Position numbers and translations under genes: made by a program. 64,000 nt of DNA from Salisapilia sapeloensis CBS 127946. Its lineage: Eukaryota; Protista; Oomycota. Below the pieces are notes generated by a model, which did no database searches, was not told where the DNA came from, and saw only the letters and a program-made list of their open reading frames with translations. Location of the stretch: positions 23,996 to 87,995 of the forward strand of contig JAADVB010000055.1 of NCBI GenBank assembly GCA_023334545.1. Reading direction: 5' to 3'. Positions within the stretch are counted from its first letter, which is position 1. Every line of letters starts with the position of its first letter. Below are positions 1 to 13,160 of the stretch, in pieces.

Positions 1-2846
1 GCATTCCCTGAATCCGCCTCATATCCGCAAAGTACAAGTTGTTTTTGCTGTAGCACTCTCTCGCGAGCGACACACAGTTATTTAATGACTTCAGTGCACC
101 AGATACGTCGCCGTCGTGATACAAGATATCGACCATCCTCAAATATGTTTCCAACAGGAGAGGATGGCTTTTACCCAAATGCCAGTTTGCTGCAGACACT
201 GCTTTGGCATACTGCTCCTTCGATCTATTAATGTCACCTTTTGAATGCTCCAAACGCATCGACATTGTCAGTGGAAGTACTCGCTCGGCGTTATTGAGTG
301 GCGAGTCATCGATTGCAAGTTTCAAGAAGTGAGTCGTTTGATCTATCAGACCCAATTGCTGACTCAAGTCTGCAGCAGAGGTTAGAAGAGAGCAGATAGA
401 TGCTGTGCGTTCATCACGAGGAGATGTGTCTGCAATCGCAAGCTGAAATTTGACACACGCAAGTGCCATGTCGAGATTGCCTTCAGTTTTCATTGAAGGG
501 ATCGACGCAATCTTTCTTTCGCACGCTGCGCTCGTGCGTAATGGCATCGTCGTGATTGGAATGATACCTTTGAGGACATTTGGGTCAACGGGAAGTTTAG
601 AATTAAAATCAAAGCTGGTCACGTCACGAAGCTTGATGCCAAGGTGATACTGCAATGCGAGTAATAATTGCGGAGGGTGTATTAATTCCCCTCTTTCGAT
701 GATCTCCATTGTCAAAGAGTTTGGTTGTAGGCTGAACTTGCCCGTTGTATGAGGCAACAGACGAGTGCTCCACAATTGCTTGCTATCCTTTGTCTGCATC
801 GCCATAACTTTGTTAAGAAAAGAAACGGTAGACTTCTTGACCTCTTTCTGCAAATCTGACGCGCGCCATCGACGTTTATTTTCCTCGATAGCATGCTTCT
901 TTAAAATGAGAGAGCGAAGTACGCGACGATACTCCACCTTGCACACTCTCGCCAGCATCTCCGTTGCCAAAAGTCTACGCGCATGCTTCAACTTTGCCGT
1001 CTCAAAGCATCGTCCAAGATGGCGAGCATTTACACCCTCGTTGTGAAGTAAATTTACGAGGGCTTTTGTATCAAACAAAGGAGTCGGTGTGTGCGCTTCC
1101 AAATGAGCGATAACGTTTGGTATGGCAACCTGGTGAAGATAGTCACTACTGCTTTTCACATTGGTTTCCTCGTCGGAAGCTAATGACGTACCAAATCGAG
1201 TAACCAGCTCCAGGCGTTGCCTCCAGATACGAGGGTCTTGACCGGACGAGTCATCCTCATGTGCTAAAGAAGACCAATCAGGAGGGGCAATATCTCCGAC
1301 ATTCTGAATTGCAATTTCATCATAGTCTGGTGAAAACCCGATCGTAGCAGGAGTGCTAAGCTCGGAAACGGAATCATCGCTTTTGCTAGGAATAGCAACC
1401 GTGCCAATTTCTTTAAGGACATAAGCTAGTTGTCTCTCAGTGTCTCCTTTGCGTCGAGAACGTTGGGGGGTAGGAAGTTCTTGGCGAGCACTGCGAATTT
1501 GCTGTGTTGGAAAGCCAAATACGAAGGCCCGGAATCCAAGGTAGTCTACACAGCATTGGAGTGGAACGTAAAGGTTTGTATCCTTGCTCTGGATAGTCTC
1601 GTGAAGCCACTTGACCGCTCGCATCTCATTACCGAGTAACTTCCGAAGTGCTTCACCAACGGAAGTATGAGGCTCATAGAGTATGTAAGCGGTTAGACCG
1701 TTATTCACGAACTTCTGGAGGTGCTTGTGAAGAACCTGAATGCGAGGCATGTCGTCGGTTGCAAGGAACTGGTCGTTAGACATATCGAGAGGAATTAAAC
1801 GTTTCATGTTTCCATCCGCAACCATTTCCTCCACGATCTGGGTCACAAGTTGTTCTGCAGACTCTCGAAAGGATGACAAGATGGCCGAAACAGAGATGCC
1901 ATGGGTCAGCGTCGACTCCAGTTCTCCATCACTTGATATACGTAATGTAGCTCGCAGCTTTTGGCAGGTGTTCAGGGGTCTATCAAGTGTAGACAACGCA
2001 CTAGACGATGCAGAAGGCCGACTGCGTGTGCTAGTGTAAGAAGATGTATCCTGCTGATTTTGAGGCTGCGAAATCACGGACTCTTTCGATTCATAAGACG
2101 GTTTCCTGAATGAGCGTCGAGGGAGGCACATCGATCGCGTGCTCTCGGGCCTACGCAAAGCTTCAAATTGATTTTCTTGAGACTCATATACTAGCTTTAG
2201 TGATTCCAGAAAACGTTCGCGCTGGATTTTGCCTGTTGTTCTATCCTGGACACGCTGCGAAAACTCTGTCGGATCGCCTTCATAGCGAATGGACTTGAGA
2301 AGCTCTTCCAAATGACTCGGCTCCGCCTGGTTCGTTTGGCTGTGCGCAATGTCATTAAAAGCCTTGTTTGCTGCACGAAGCTTGCCTGCGATACCAGGAT
2401 TAACGTGAAATGTTTTGTCTTTCGTCATCTGTAATCGCTCTTCGAAAGCTTGTTTCCATTCTAGCTGTTCTTTGTCTGATGCGCAAGCGAACGAGGTCGT
2501 TTTCGTCGGTCTTCCGGTCGACCGATCTGTCGAAATGAGCTGAATGATAAATCGGCCATCGACTTTTTTCGGCTCAGCCGAAACAAGGTTGTACTCGGCG
2601 AGCTCCAGAGTGTCCTGCTGACGAAGTGTCGGCGTCAGAGTGAAGCGGGATTGATCGGACGCCATTGGGAAGTACTTAAGTATGGTCCCATCGAGATGCA
2701 CCCACTTCTCTTTCCATCGAGGACCCAAGAAGGTCGACGAGAGCTACGCATTGTAATCAATACGTGAGCGCATGAGATAAATGGTATTTAAATGGATGGT
2801 GTATAGCTACCTTGTAAAGCTTCCCCGACTTTGGTTCTGCTGTCAT
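1..2846 (-). CDS. PH domain + Clu/CLU-central + TPR-like protein (3'-truncated by the window edge)
   Basis: Exon 1 2846-2811 (MTAEPKSGKLYK), GT-AG intron 2810-2744, then an open frame from 2743 running off base 1. PH-like start KSGKLYKLSSTFLGPRWKEKWVHLDGTILKYF; Clu-like CVDYLGFRAFV; CLU-central-like LVNLLHNEGVNARHLGRCF; TPR-like LGKSHPLLLETYLRM. Absent from the ORF track, probably because it has no stop inside the window. Confidence 0.72.
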
Positions 2847-3272
2847 GGGTAGAAAGGGCAAATGATGGGAGGCTGCAAGCAAAGAGTGGTTTCTGACGAA
2901 AGGTGTTTCAAGTTAGGAGCGCTCAAATCCATTTCGGACCTTGAAACGGTTTCCACGTCTATGGTAACTCAATAGTGCACTCTTGTCTAAACTCACACAT
3001 AGAAGATAATCATAGACTCGATCCTCCATATCACCAGTTAATATACTCTTCTGCAGGTTGTGTAGGGTAGAAATCTAAAGTACATCTTAGCTCCATGATG
3101 ACAGTCACAAAAGCCGAGTACGTTTACTATTTCATGGTAACCTACGCTAATTCATATACTTTAGTAAACTTATATGCTTATGATTGGTGTAAATAGACGG
3201 ATATTAGTGCACAGCGTAAATCGTATCTAGAGCGGATCGCCACCTTGACAAAGGAAAAATCTCTTGCGCAGG

Positions 3273-6200
3273 ATGACCAAGGACAACGCGGCGCCCAAGG
3301 CCTGGGCCAGGCTCAAACTAGTCTCCACTTCTGACCATAAGGCCCAGGACGACATCTACCTCCAGTATGGTCTGAATTCAATTGGCAGACGCGAAGGTTT
3401 CTGCGACTACGCCATCCGTCAGCCGATCATCAGTCAAATCGTACGTCCCTTTGCCACACAATCGTCGGTTTGATACAAAGTTTAATGTGCATTCGTCCAG
3501 CATTGCATGGTGAAGCTGGCTGGCTTGGACGAAGCTAAGAATCCGACTGTCTTTCTGCAAGACCGAAGGTAGATGGTCCATTAACTGTAATTTGTCCATA
3601 CGCTTGTGTACTGAGATTGCTTGGTGTAGTCGCCACGGTGTCTACGTGAACGAAGAGCTCGTTGGTAAAGGCAAGACTGTCAAATTGCGGCCTAATATCA
3701 CCGTCCACTTTACCAAGCCAGGCGTCCGCGTGCCAAGTAAAGAGCTTGTGTTATCGAGTGTATCATTCATATTCTAAAATGCGTTTATCTGACACATAGA
3801 CATTGGAGTACTTGCGTACAAGTTTGAGCTGATGTACGCACTCATATTTTAATACTATCCATGTGTTGACTGACAAGAGTACGATGCCCATGAATATAGA
3901 CCAGAGGGATTTTCGCAGGAGAATAGACGTCTGCGCTCTATCGCGGATAAAGCTAGAAATGAACGTCGGAAGCAGACATCTGCAAAGCAGTCCAAGCCTC
4001 AAGAAAAAGCTCCAGCCTCTGCACCTCACGAGACACCATCTGAGGATACGACGGCGTCTGCGCCCCGAAAGGCTAAGGTGCCTCATACGTCGCCACCGAA
4101 ACCTCCTCAGCCCAATCGTCCGCACTCGACTTCGGACACGACAAGCGCTATCTCAGCATCTAAGAGCAAGCCTACGTCTACTAAGAAGAAGACTAGTCCA
4201 GCTAAGGACGCCAACAAGCCTGCGCCAAAGTCATTTGTCACGGATATGATGTCTCGAAAGCGTAAGACGCCAGAAGACGATGAAATGGAGACGCAGGCTC
4301 CGGTGGAGAAGAGACGAAGTGGCGTCCAGCCAAGTACAGTGCCAGCGTCCGAGACGACCGAGGCAAAAGAGGCAACTGCAGCGTCGAATGTAAAAGCTGA
4401 TAAGACCGATGGGCAGGTGAAAAGGGATCTGGAGGTAGACTTGCAGCTGTCGCTGGAGAAAGAATCAGCACTCAAGGAGAAAGTCAAGTCTCTCGAGAAC
4501 AAGAACACGTCTTTAGAGGAACAGATTAAGGCGAACAAGGAGTGGATGAAGAGTCAGGAGAAGCAGATGCAGCTGCAGCGAGAGAGCACCATCGAGTTGG
4601 AAAGCCAAAGTCGGAGTCTGATGAACCGCATAACGGAGATGCAGAATGAGACGATGGAGTTGAGAGAAAAGCTGTCGCATTCGGAGGCTCGAGTGGAACG
4701 ACTGGAGGCGGAGAACGCTGTAATCCGGGAAGAGAAGACTTCTGCGCGCTTGAAACGCTATGAGCTGGAGGACGAGGTACGTGTTATGATTGTTTTGCCT
4801 TTGTTTTATGTATGCAGAATGACTTAAAGGCTCCTAGCTATCGAACCTGTGTCTCAATGGGTGATTTGTATCTGTGTGATAGTTGGCGAGTTTGAAGGAG
4901 GAGCACAAGAAGGAATGGGAGGAGTTGCTCGAGTTCGAAGAGGATGGGAGTCACTAGTACGTTTCATGTAGGAGCGGTTGTGGGTGATGTACTGATGTAA
5001 TCGTATCTTGTAGCAAGAAGAAGTTCTTGAAGGCAAAGCATGATGCAAAGGCAATGCAGAAGCACGTGAACGAACTGCAAGGTCACTTTGACGCGATGGT
5101 GAAACGTCTGCAGGCAATGGATGACGAGGTCTACTCTTCTAGTGAGGACGGTGGCAGTGTGATCGATGACGTGGACGATGCGATGCTCGAGTCGGAAGCT
5201 ACTCTGGAGAATAAGACGTATTTGCTAATGGCCCCTGCTGAAGACAAGAACGAAGGAGAGGACACTAGTAAGCAGAGCATGTCCCGGGGGAAAGATACCT
5301 CTATTGTCATGGGAAAAGAAGAGAAGGATATGAACGCCAAGAGTAAGAGTGTGGTGAAAGATGAAGGCATGTCGTCTGGGGTGGAGCGAGGCGACACGAC
5401 AGAGTGGGATAGCTCAAGCGACTTGAAGAGCAGTGCTGATGTAGACGGTGTGACTGAGTCAAAGGATGAGTCTGCGATGGAGCAAGAGTATTCTGATGAG
5501 CAGATAAAGTCTATAAATGAAGAAGTAGAATCTGATGAACCAAAGACGATGACTGCAGTTAAGGAGGATTCAAAGGATGCAAAGGATGCAAAAGATTTAA
5601 ACGATGAGAGCTCGAATGATGCTTTAGAGATCACTGATGACACCACTGCTCAAGAGACTCCGACTGGCACCACAGCTGAAGAAAAAGCGGTTATCACTAA
5701 GACTACTAAAACGCAGGCTGTCGCTACGAATGCCGTTGCGGAGGTGGACATGGAAACAGAAAATGAGAAGGTGACAGAGGAACATGCAGCAACTGATGCA
5801 CCAGCGAATGCTCCGGCGGACGAGAAGGATCGTCCGACTGCTTCTCATGAGTCAACGGACGATGTGGACATGGCAGATGCTAGCTCCGCAAGTGAGAAAG
5901 CTACAGCACCTATGACTTCTGATGCTGCTGAGACGACGGCTCAGATAGACTACGATGGAACGCAGGTATCTCCTCAGAAGGATCTGATCGAGATCGATAA
6001 CTCGTCCGATGAAGAAGCCTCTCAAAGCGATAACACCAAGGTCGCTGTCTCAATTATAAAGCAGGAGGAGACTCCTGCTGAGGACACAAAGGAGTCGGAC
6101 GCTAGTAAATCGTTGCCACATGACCATAACCAATGTTTGAGCATCGACCTGACGATGGAAGAAAGCGAAAAGGAAAGGCAGGATGAGAATACGCCTCCGA

Positions 6201-6328
6201 CAACGGAGAAGAGCTCTCTGAAAAGTAGTGGTGAGAGAAAAGCTAGTGCAGACGTGGGCGAAAGTCACTGCCGTAGTGAACAGACTGCACTCGAAAGTGA
6301 TGACTCGGAAAATAGCAGAATGGTCTAG
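3273..6328 (+). CDS. FHA-domain protein with coiled coil and long acidic low-complexity tail (multi-exon)
   Basis: Spliced N-terminus gives FHA motifs (GLNSIGRR...IISQI|HCMV...LQDRS|RHGVYVNEELV). ORFs 4078-4827 (coiled coil) and 5027-6328 (E/D/S/T-rich) continue on the same strand. ATG at 3273. Internal exon borders are approximate. Confidence 0.72.
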
Positions 6329-6360
6329 TAACCCAATAGCTTATAATTTTTTTGCTGAAA

Positions 6361-7094
6361 CTAGTTTCGTTTAAAAGCTACAAAGTGCGGGTCTTCGTAT
6401 GGATGTGCGTCGACTCGACTGTACCCTTCAAAGGCTACCATGTCCATCTTGAGCTGAGCGAATGCTTGGCGCTGAATTCGTACGTCGAACGGCAGATAGC
6501 TGCTCCACTATGTTAGGCGGTTATAGGGAAAGAAGGAGTAGTATCGGAAGTACATGAGCTCCAGCGATGATATGGACCGAAATGCATGCTCGTTGACGAT
6601 GGAGATGGGATTCAAGTCGAGTCGACTAGAAAATCACGTACGTGGTGATATGAGGTTGGAGATGGACAGTGATTTGAAGAAGGCTTACATGACTTTAAGG
6701 TCGGTGAGTGGAGTCTTGTCGGTGGAGAAGGATCCGTCTGGAAATCGCTCGTGACCATAGAACATCGACGGGATGACTTTAGTGAATTTGTTCCCCATCA
6801 AGTAGCTAGATGAGTTAATGATGAGACCGGAGAGATGCCGTTATAATGAAAGCAATAAATGTACAGGTGTGTCGTTTCTATAGGAATATTGTCTGGCATG
6901 ACCTAAATTGGAAAATGTCAGGATTAGAACGATTCAATTGAGCACATGATACCGACATTCAAGCCTTTAAAGTCACAATAGACAACCACACGAGTTCGAC
7001 CACTGCAATAGCACTCAGTTGGGCATGCTGCAACTATATTTACAAAGCACATCCATGCTATGAAAGAAACTTTTGCATGCAAAGCGACGGACAT
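6361..7094 (-). CDS. Small secreted leucine-rich-repeat protein with LRRNT cap (167 aa, 5 exons)
   Basis: Exons 7094-6957, 6902-6865, 6805-6689, 6625-6554, 6499-6361 total 504 nt, with four GT-AG introns in consistent phase. Product: MSVALHAKVSFIAWMCFVNIVAA-CPTECYCSGRTRVVVYCDFKGLNVMPDNIPIETTHLYLMGNKFTKVIPSMFYG...LTDLKVIRLDLNPISIVNEHAFRSISSLELIYLPFDVRIQRQAFAQL... Confidence 0.8.
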
Positions 7095-7196
7095 CCTGCC
7101 TAGACCGTCTGCGACCTTCAAAGATACCAATGACGTAAAGATAGCAACAACACCTGTCGCTATAGTTTTACACATCGAAACAAGAAAGCGAATAGA

Positions 7197-8146
7197 ATGA
7201 CTACAGCCCATCGTCCGACCTGGCATGCCGCCGTGGGCCAAGAGAACGAAGGTGGATGGCAGTCCGGAGGTAAAGTACACTTGTATACACATGAGAACGT
7301 TTTAGTGCTTCTAGACAGCCTTTCTCGGCACACTTTGCATGGAATCGTGGCTGACTCTGAACCATTTTTCGTTTTGTACAGGCCAAATCAGCCAACAGTT
7401 TTCTTCTCGAGACCTGCCAGCGCACAAGAAGCTCAAGTTCCGGTGAGTTATTATCTACCAGAAAAGCTTAAGTTCATGCGCTCATTCCATCTCTGTTTTA
7501 TAATCGCGTATAGACAAGTGGGCCAAGGAACTGCGAATGAAGTGGAGCTTCGTGACTTACAGGCAGAACTGGAAGATAAAGAGGCCAAGGCTGAAGACGA
7601 GAAACAGCAGGACAAAGAATCAGCTCAAGGTACCTCTTCTTTCTTCATCGTCGACTAAACGATCTTCTCATTTGTGTATTTCTAGTCGAGTTAAAGAGAT
7701 TGGAAGAGAGTAAAAAGCTTTTACTTTTGGGCGATGCCGAAGCAGATGCAAGAGAGTCACAGCTGAAAAACGTCGCGAGTAAATACGATGACGCAGATAT
7801 AGGAGATAGTGACGCTTCGAGTGAATCGGAGAGCGACAGTGATGACGAGGATGAAGAAGCAGAGCTGATGCGCGAGCTCGAGAAGATCAAGAGGGAACGA
7901 CAGGAAGAGAAGGAGAAAAAGGAGGAGGAAGAACGCAGACAGGCAGAGGAAAAGGCGAAAGCAGAGGTGTTGGAAGGGAATCCTCTTACACAGGCGCAGT
8001 CAAGTGCCAAGCTGAAACGTCGGTGGAACGACGACGTCGTGTTCAAAAACCAGTCGCGAGGAGAACCGGAGCTCAAGAAGCGGTTCGTAAACGATACCAT
8101 TCGCAACGACTTCCACCGCCGCTTCCTTAGCAAGTACATTCAGTAG
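7197..8146 (+). CDS. CWC15: Pre-mRNA splicing factor Cwc15/Cwf15
   Basis: N-terminal MTTAHRPTW, SSRDLPAHKKLKFR and C-terminal KRRWNDDVVFKNQSR...FVNDTIRNDFHRRFLSKYI are Cwc15 signatures; three GT-AG introns. Confidence 0.95.
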
Positions 8147-8191
8147 AAAAAGCCATTCATTTGCATCAAGTCGGTTGTGTTTCTCTGTATT

Positions 8192-8945
8192 TTAGCGGAC
8201 ACGAACGACATCCCTTCCAACGTATTTGGTCGTAAATGTATCTCCTTCTGCATCAGGGATCTTGACGTACTCTCCGTCCTGTTGCATGCCAGTAGGAAGC
8301 TTGAACATGCACGGTCCAATGGGCTTTCCATTTTCGAATCGACCGACGTACGATCCTCCGTCCTTAAAGCACCACTTGCCGTCTGAAAAGTCATGTTTAA
8401 CCCAGTTTCCAACGAGTAGACTCTGGTCTCGGCCGTATTCGTATGTCCCTCGACCTTCGCGAAGACCTTGGACGAACGTGCCACTGAAGATGTCTCCGTT
8501 GGCATAGTTCATGGAGCCTTCGCCATGCATGTTGTTATTTTGCCATTCGCCCTGGTACACGTCTCCATTGGCAAAAGTCATTTTACCAAGACCTTGCTTG
8601 ATGCCATCAACGTAGTTGCCTTCGTACGTCGCGACCACTTGCACTACATGACGAAAGGTGATGCACTGGATTAGAAAAAGGTTGTGGATGGATAGGTACA
8701 TTCGCCATCTTCTGAACGCTCTTGCCATATGTATTTGCCTTGACCTTGCTTTAGCTTGTTGCTGTCGATCGTTCCTTCAAAGATGTCTCCATTTGCGTAT
8801 GATATCTTGACATCACCAGCTCGAGACAAGTAGCGTGTTTCTTCCGGACGATCATCCGTATACTCGACGAGGTATTCCTGTCCAATAAAATGAATTTGGG
8901 ATTATATTTACATCATACATGAATATTTACCGCTTCTTCCGCCAT
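8192..8945 (-). CDS. MORN-repeat protein (radial spoke head RSPH1-like)
   Basis: Tandem MORN repeats (YEGNYVDGIKQGLGKMTFANGDVYQGEWQNNNMHGEGSMNYANGDIFSG...). Short exon 1 MAEEA at 8945; second intron 8699-8644. Confidence 0.85.
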
Positions 8946-9165
8946 TAATAAGTGTCTAGTAGCCTCGTAGTGATGTGCAGTCCAACAAAACTCCAAATCG
9001 CGCTTGCAACCGTTCAAGATCTCCTGATAATTTTGAAACGACGGTGTACCACACTTGTACTTTTTACTTAACACCAATCAAAGCTGAAAAAATATTAATA
9101 CTCGTTCATTATTGGCCGAAAATCGTTTGGAGAGTATCGAACAAAACAACACGACCGAGACCAAG

Positions 9166-11811
9166 ATGCCACGCACGAGGTCGCCATCGCGCTCTCGATC
9201 GCGCTCTCGAGGCAAGAGTCGAGGCAGGCCGTCTCGGTATCGCAGTCGGAGCGAAAGCCGAGACCGCTATCGTGGACGACGCAGATCTCGCTCGTATGAC
9301 CGTCGTCGGTCTCCATCTCGATCGCGCCGGTCGAGAAGGAGTCGATCGTACTCGTCTTCACGATCTCGATCTCGGTCTAGAAGAAGTCGATCCTACTCTT
9401 CATCTCGATCCAGGTCCCGTTCGTATTCTAGTCGATCCGAGTCTAGATCTCCATCTAGATCTCGATCACGATCTCGAGGCAAAAGCAGGAGAGACGACGA
9501 TGGACGTGAAAGAGATAGCAAGAAACGTGATCGATCTGACAGTCGAGATGAAAAGAACACGAAACGACAGCATACTGGTAAAGATGACAGGGATCGCAAG
9601 TCGGATGATGTAAAAGAAAAGGTAGAGGACAAAGAGAATGCTGATCGTAGCACTCCAAAGCCGGTAGAAGAGCAGGAAAACACCAAGCAGATCCAAGACG
9701 AAAAGGTGAATGTGAAGAAGGATGAGAAGACACCACCACAACTGTCCAAGTCAGAGGCTGAAGGCTCTAATGATGACAAGACGCCACCACGGTCGTCCAA
9801 GTCGCAAGCTAGACGAAGTAGTGAGAGCAAAACTCCTCCTCGTCGGCATAAAGCCGAAAAGGAAGACACCCCTCCTTCCAAATCGTCCAAAAAGGACAAA
9901 TCGTCTAAGAAGCGGAGTTCTCGTAGAAGCCGTCGATCGAGATCGTCTTCTACCAGTAGTAGCAGCAGCAGCAGTAGCGACTCGGATACTCCGGAGAAAG
10001 CTCCAAAGAAAAAGAGGTCTCCCAAGAAGGACTCTCCAAAGAAGGATGCTCCCGAGCAAGAGAGTGAAGGCGTATACCCCAAGCCCAACCAGCCGGATAT
10101 TCTAACGGAGAAGCGGATGACAAGAACAGGAGGCGTGTACATCCCTCCGTTCAAGCTCGCTCGTATGCAGGCAGAAGAGAAGGACCCTTCATCTGAGCAG
10201 TACCAGCGTCAGACGTGGGATGCACTGCGGAAGAGTCTGAATGGTATCGTGAACAAGGTGAGCATGAGCAACATCCGGTACCTTTTGCCAGAGCTCTTCC
10301 AGGAGAATCTAGTACGAGGTCGAGGTCTCTTGGCTCGGAGCATCATGAAGGCGCAGATGGCGTCTCCTGGGTTCACCCACATCTATGCTGCCTTGGTAGC
10401 AGTGCTGAATACGAAGATGCCTGAGAATGGAGAGCTCATCGTCAAGCGTGTCGTCCTCCGCTTCCGACGATCGCTCAAGAGAGGCGACAAGATCGTCGCG
10501 TTGGCTTTAGTAAAGTTCCTAGCGCACTTGGTGAATCAACAAGTGGTGCATGAGCTCTTGGCGTTGGAAGTCTTATTGCTCTTGCTTTCGAACCCGACGG
10601 ACGACTCGATCGAAGTGGCTGTCAACTTCACCAAAGAATGCGGACAGCTCTTGGCGGAACTCTGCCCTGAAGGTCTTCGAGACATCTTTGAACGCTTCCG
10701 AGGTATTCTACATGAAGGAGAGATTGACAAGAGAGTGCAGTACACGATCGAAGGGCTGTTTGCTATTCGTAAGAATGGATTTGCAGATTACCCTGCTGTA
10801 CCGGAGGAGCTAGACCTAGTCGAGACAGGGGACCAGATCACGCACACCACGACGTTGGACGAGAAGATCGACGCAGAGGATAAACTCGATGTCTTCCGCT
10901 TTGACCCCGAGTATGAAAAGAATGAAGAGATGTGGGAACAGATCAAGAAGGAGGTTCTGGGTGAAGATGATTCTGAATCGGAGGACGGGTCCGAAGAGTC
11001 GGAGGAGGAAGAAGAGGAGAACCAGGCGGCTACGCAGACGCAGGAGATCCAGGACATGACAGAGCAGGATCTGGTGAATTTGAGACGTACGATTTACCTG
11101 ACAATCATGTCGAGTGTTAGTCATGAAGAGTGCGCACATAAGCTCATGAAGATGCAGATCCGACCTGGTCAGGAGAAGGAGGTTTGTGGCATGCTGATCG
11201 AGTGCTGCAGTCAGGAGAGAACATATCTTAGATACTATGGTCTCCTAGGCCAGCGCTTTTGTCTTATCAAGAGAGAGTATCAGGACGCCTTTGACGTGTG
11301 CTTTGCAGAGCAGTACGCCGTCATCCATCGGCTCGAAACCAATAAGCTGCGGAACGTGGCCAAATTCTTTGCTCACTTGCTCTTTACCGACGCTTTGCCG
11401 TGGACGGTCTTTGAGTACATTCGTCTAAACGAAGAGGAGACGACGAGTTCCAGTCGTATCTTTGTCAAGATCCTGTGTCAGGAACTGTCAGAGCATCTTG
11501 GCATGAAGACGCTCAAGGAGCGGTTCAATGACGAGCTCATGCAGCAGACGTTCGCTGGTCTCTTCCCGCGAGAAAATCCTCGCAACACTCGATTTGCCAT
11601 CAACTTTTTCACGAGCATCGGTCTCGGTGGACTTACAACGGAACTGAGAGAGCACTTGAAGAATGCGCCGCAGATGATCATGCAGCAAGGCAAGAAAGAG
11701 GACGACAGTAGCTCGGATAGTTCCAGTAGTTCGTCCGACTCGGATTCTAGTAGCTCGGATAGCGACTCTAGTGGCTCAGATTCTAGTAGCTCGGACAGTG
11801 ACTCGGAGTAG
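9166..11811 (+). CDS. CWC22: Pre-mRNA splicing factor Cwc22 (RS-rich N-terminus, MIF4G and MA3 domains)
   Basis: RTGGVYIPPFKL, YQRQTWDALRKSLNGIVNKV, LVNLRRTIYLTIMSS and FAINFFTSIGLGGLT motifs. First ATG at 9166; the ORF-track start at 9112 is TTG. Confidence 0.95.
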   Translation: MPRTRSPSRSRSRSRGKSRGRPSRYRSRSESRDRYRGRRRSRSYDRRRSPSRSRRSRRSRSYSSSRSRSRSRRSRSYSSSRSRSRSYSSRSESRSPSRSRSRSRGKSRRDDDGRERDSKKRDRSDSRDEKNTKRQHTGKDDRDRKSDDVKEKVEDKENADRSTPKPVEEQENTKQIQDEKVNVKKDEKTPPQLSKSEAEGSNDDKTPPRSSKSQARRSSESKTPPRRHKAEKEDTPPSKSSKKDKSSKKRSSRRSRRSRSSSTSSSSSSSSDSDTPEKAPKKKRSPKKDSPKKDAPEQESEGVYPKPNQPDILTEKRMTRTGGVYIPPFKLARMQAEEKDPSSEQYQRQTWDALRKSLNGIVNKVSMSNIRYLLPELFQENLVRGRGLLARSIMKAQMASPGFTHIYAALVAVLNTKMPENGELIVKRVVLRFRRSLKRGDKIVALALVKFLAHLVNQQVVHELLALEVLLLLLSNPTDDSIEVAVNFTKECGQLLAELCPEGLRDIFERFRGILHEGEIDKRVQYTIEGLFAIRKNGFADYPAVPEELDLVETGDQITHTTTLDEKIDAEDKLDVFRFDPEYEKNEEMWEQIKKEVLGEDDSESEDGSEESEEEEEENQAATQTQEIQDMTEQDLVNLRRTIYLTIMSSVSHEECAHKLMKMQIRPGQEKEVCGMLIECCSQERTYLRYYGLLGQRFCLIKREYQDAFDVCFAEQYAVIHRLETNKLRNVAKFFAHLLFTDALPWTVFEYIRLNEEETTSSSRIFVKILCQELSEHLGMKTLKERFNDELMQQTFAGLFPRENPRNTRFAINFFTSIGLGGLTTELREHLKNAPQMIMQQGKKEDDSSSDSSSSSSDSDSSSSDSDSSGSDSSSSDSDSE
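9178..9480 (+). repeat. Arg/Ser dipeptide-coding low-complexity repeat in CWC22
   Basis: Encodes RSRSRS runs, including a duplicated RRSRSYSSSRSRS unit. Confidence 0.8.
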
Positions 11812-11847
11812 CAATACAAGACGTTTGTTTAGGTATACTCTCTTGTT

Positions 11848-13007
<1,160 letters not shown>

Positions 13008-13160
13008 GTCCACACTTGGTTGTCAATACGTCCCAAATTATATTTTTATAAAGCATTGATTGAAAGAGTCAAGTGTATGTTTTATAGTGGACATTCGCTC
13101 GAACTGCCAAATTGTGGTGGCATACGCCCGAGCTCGACTTGCAGTGGTACTGGGCGGCGC

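Noticed and set aside
450-2298. Several short plus-strand ORFs at the window start
   Set aside because: They lie antisense to the continuous PH-Clu reading frame.
8975-10154. Overlapping ORFs around the CWC22 RS region (212 aa +, 253 aa -, and others)
   Set aside because: By-products of low-complexity RS and Ser repeats that lack stops in other frames.
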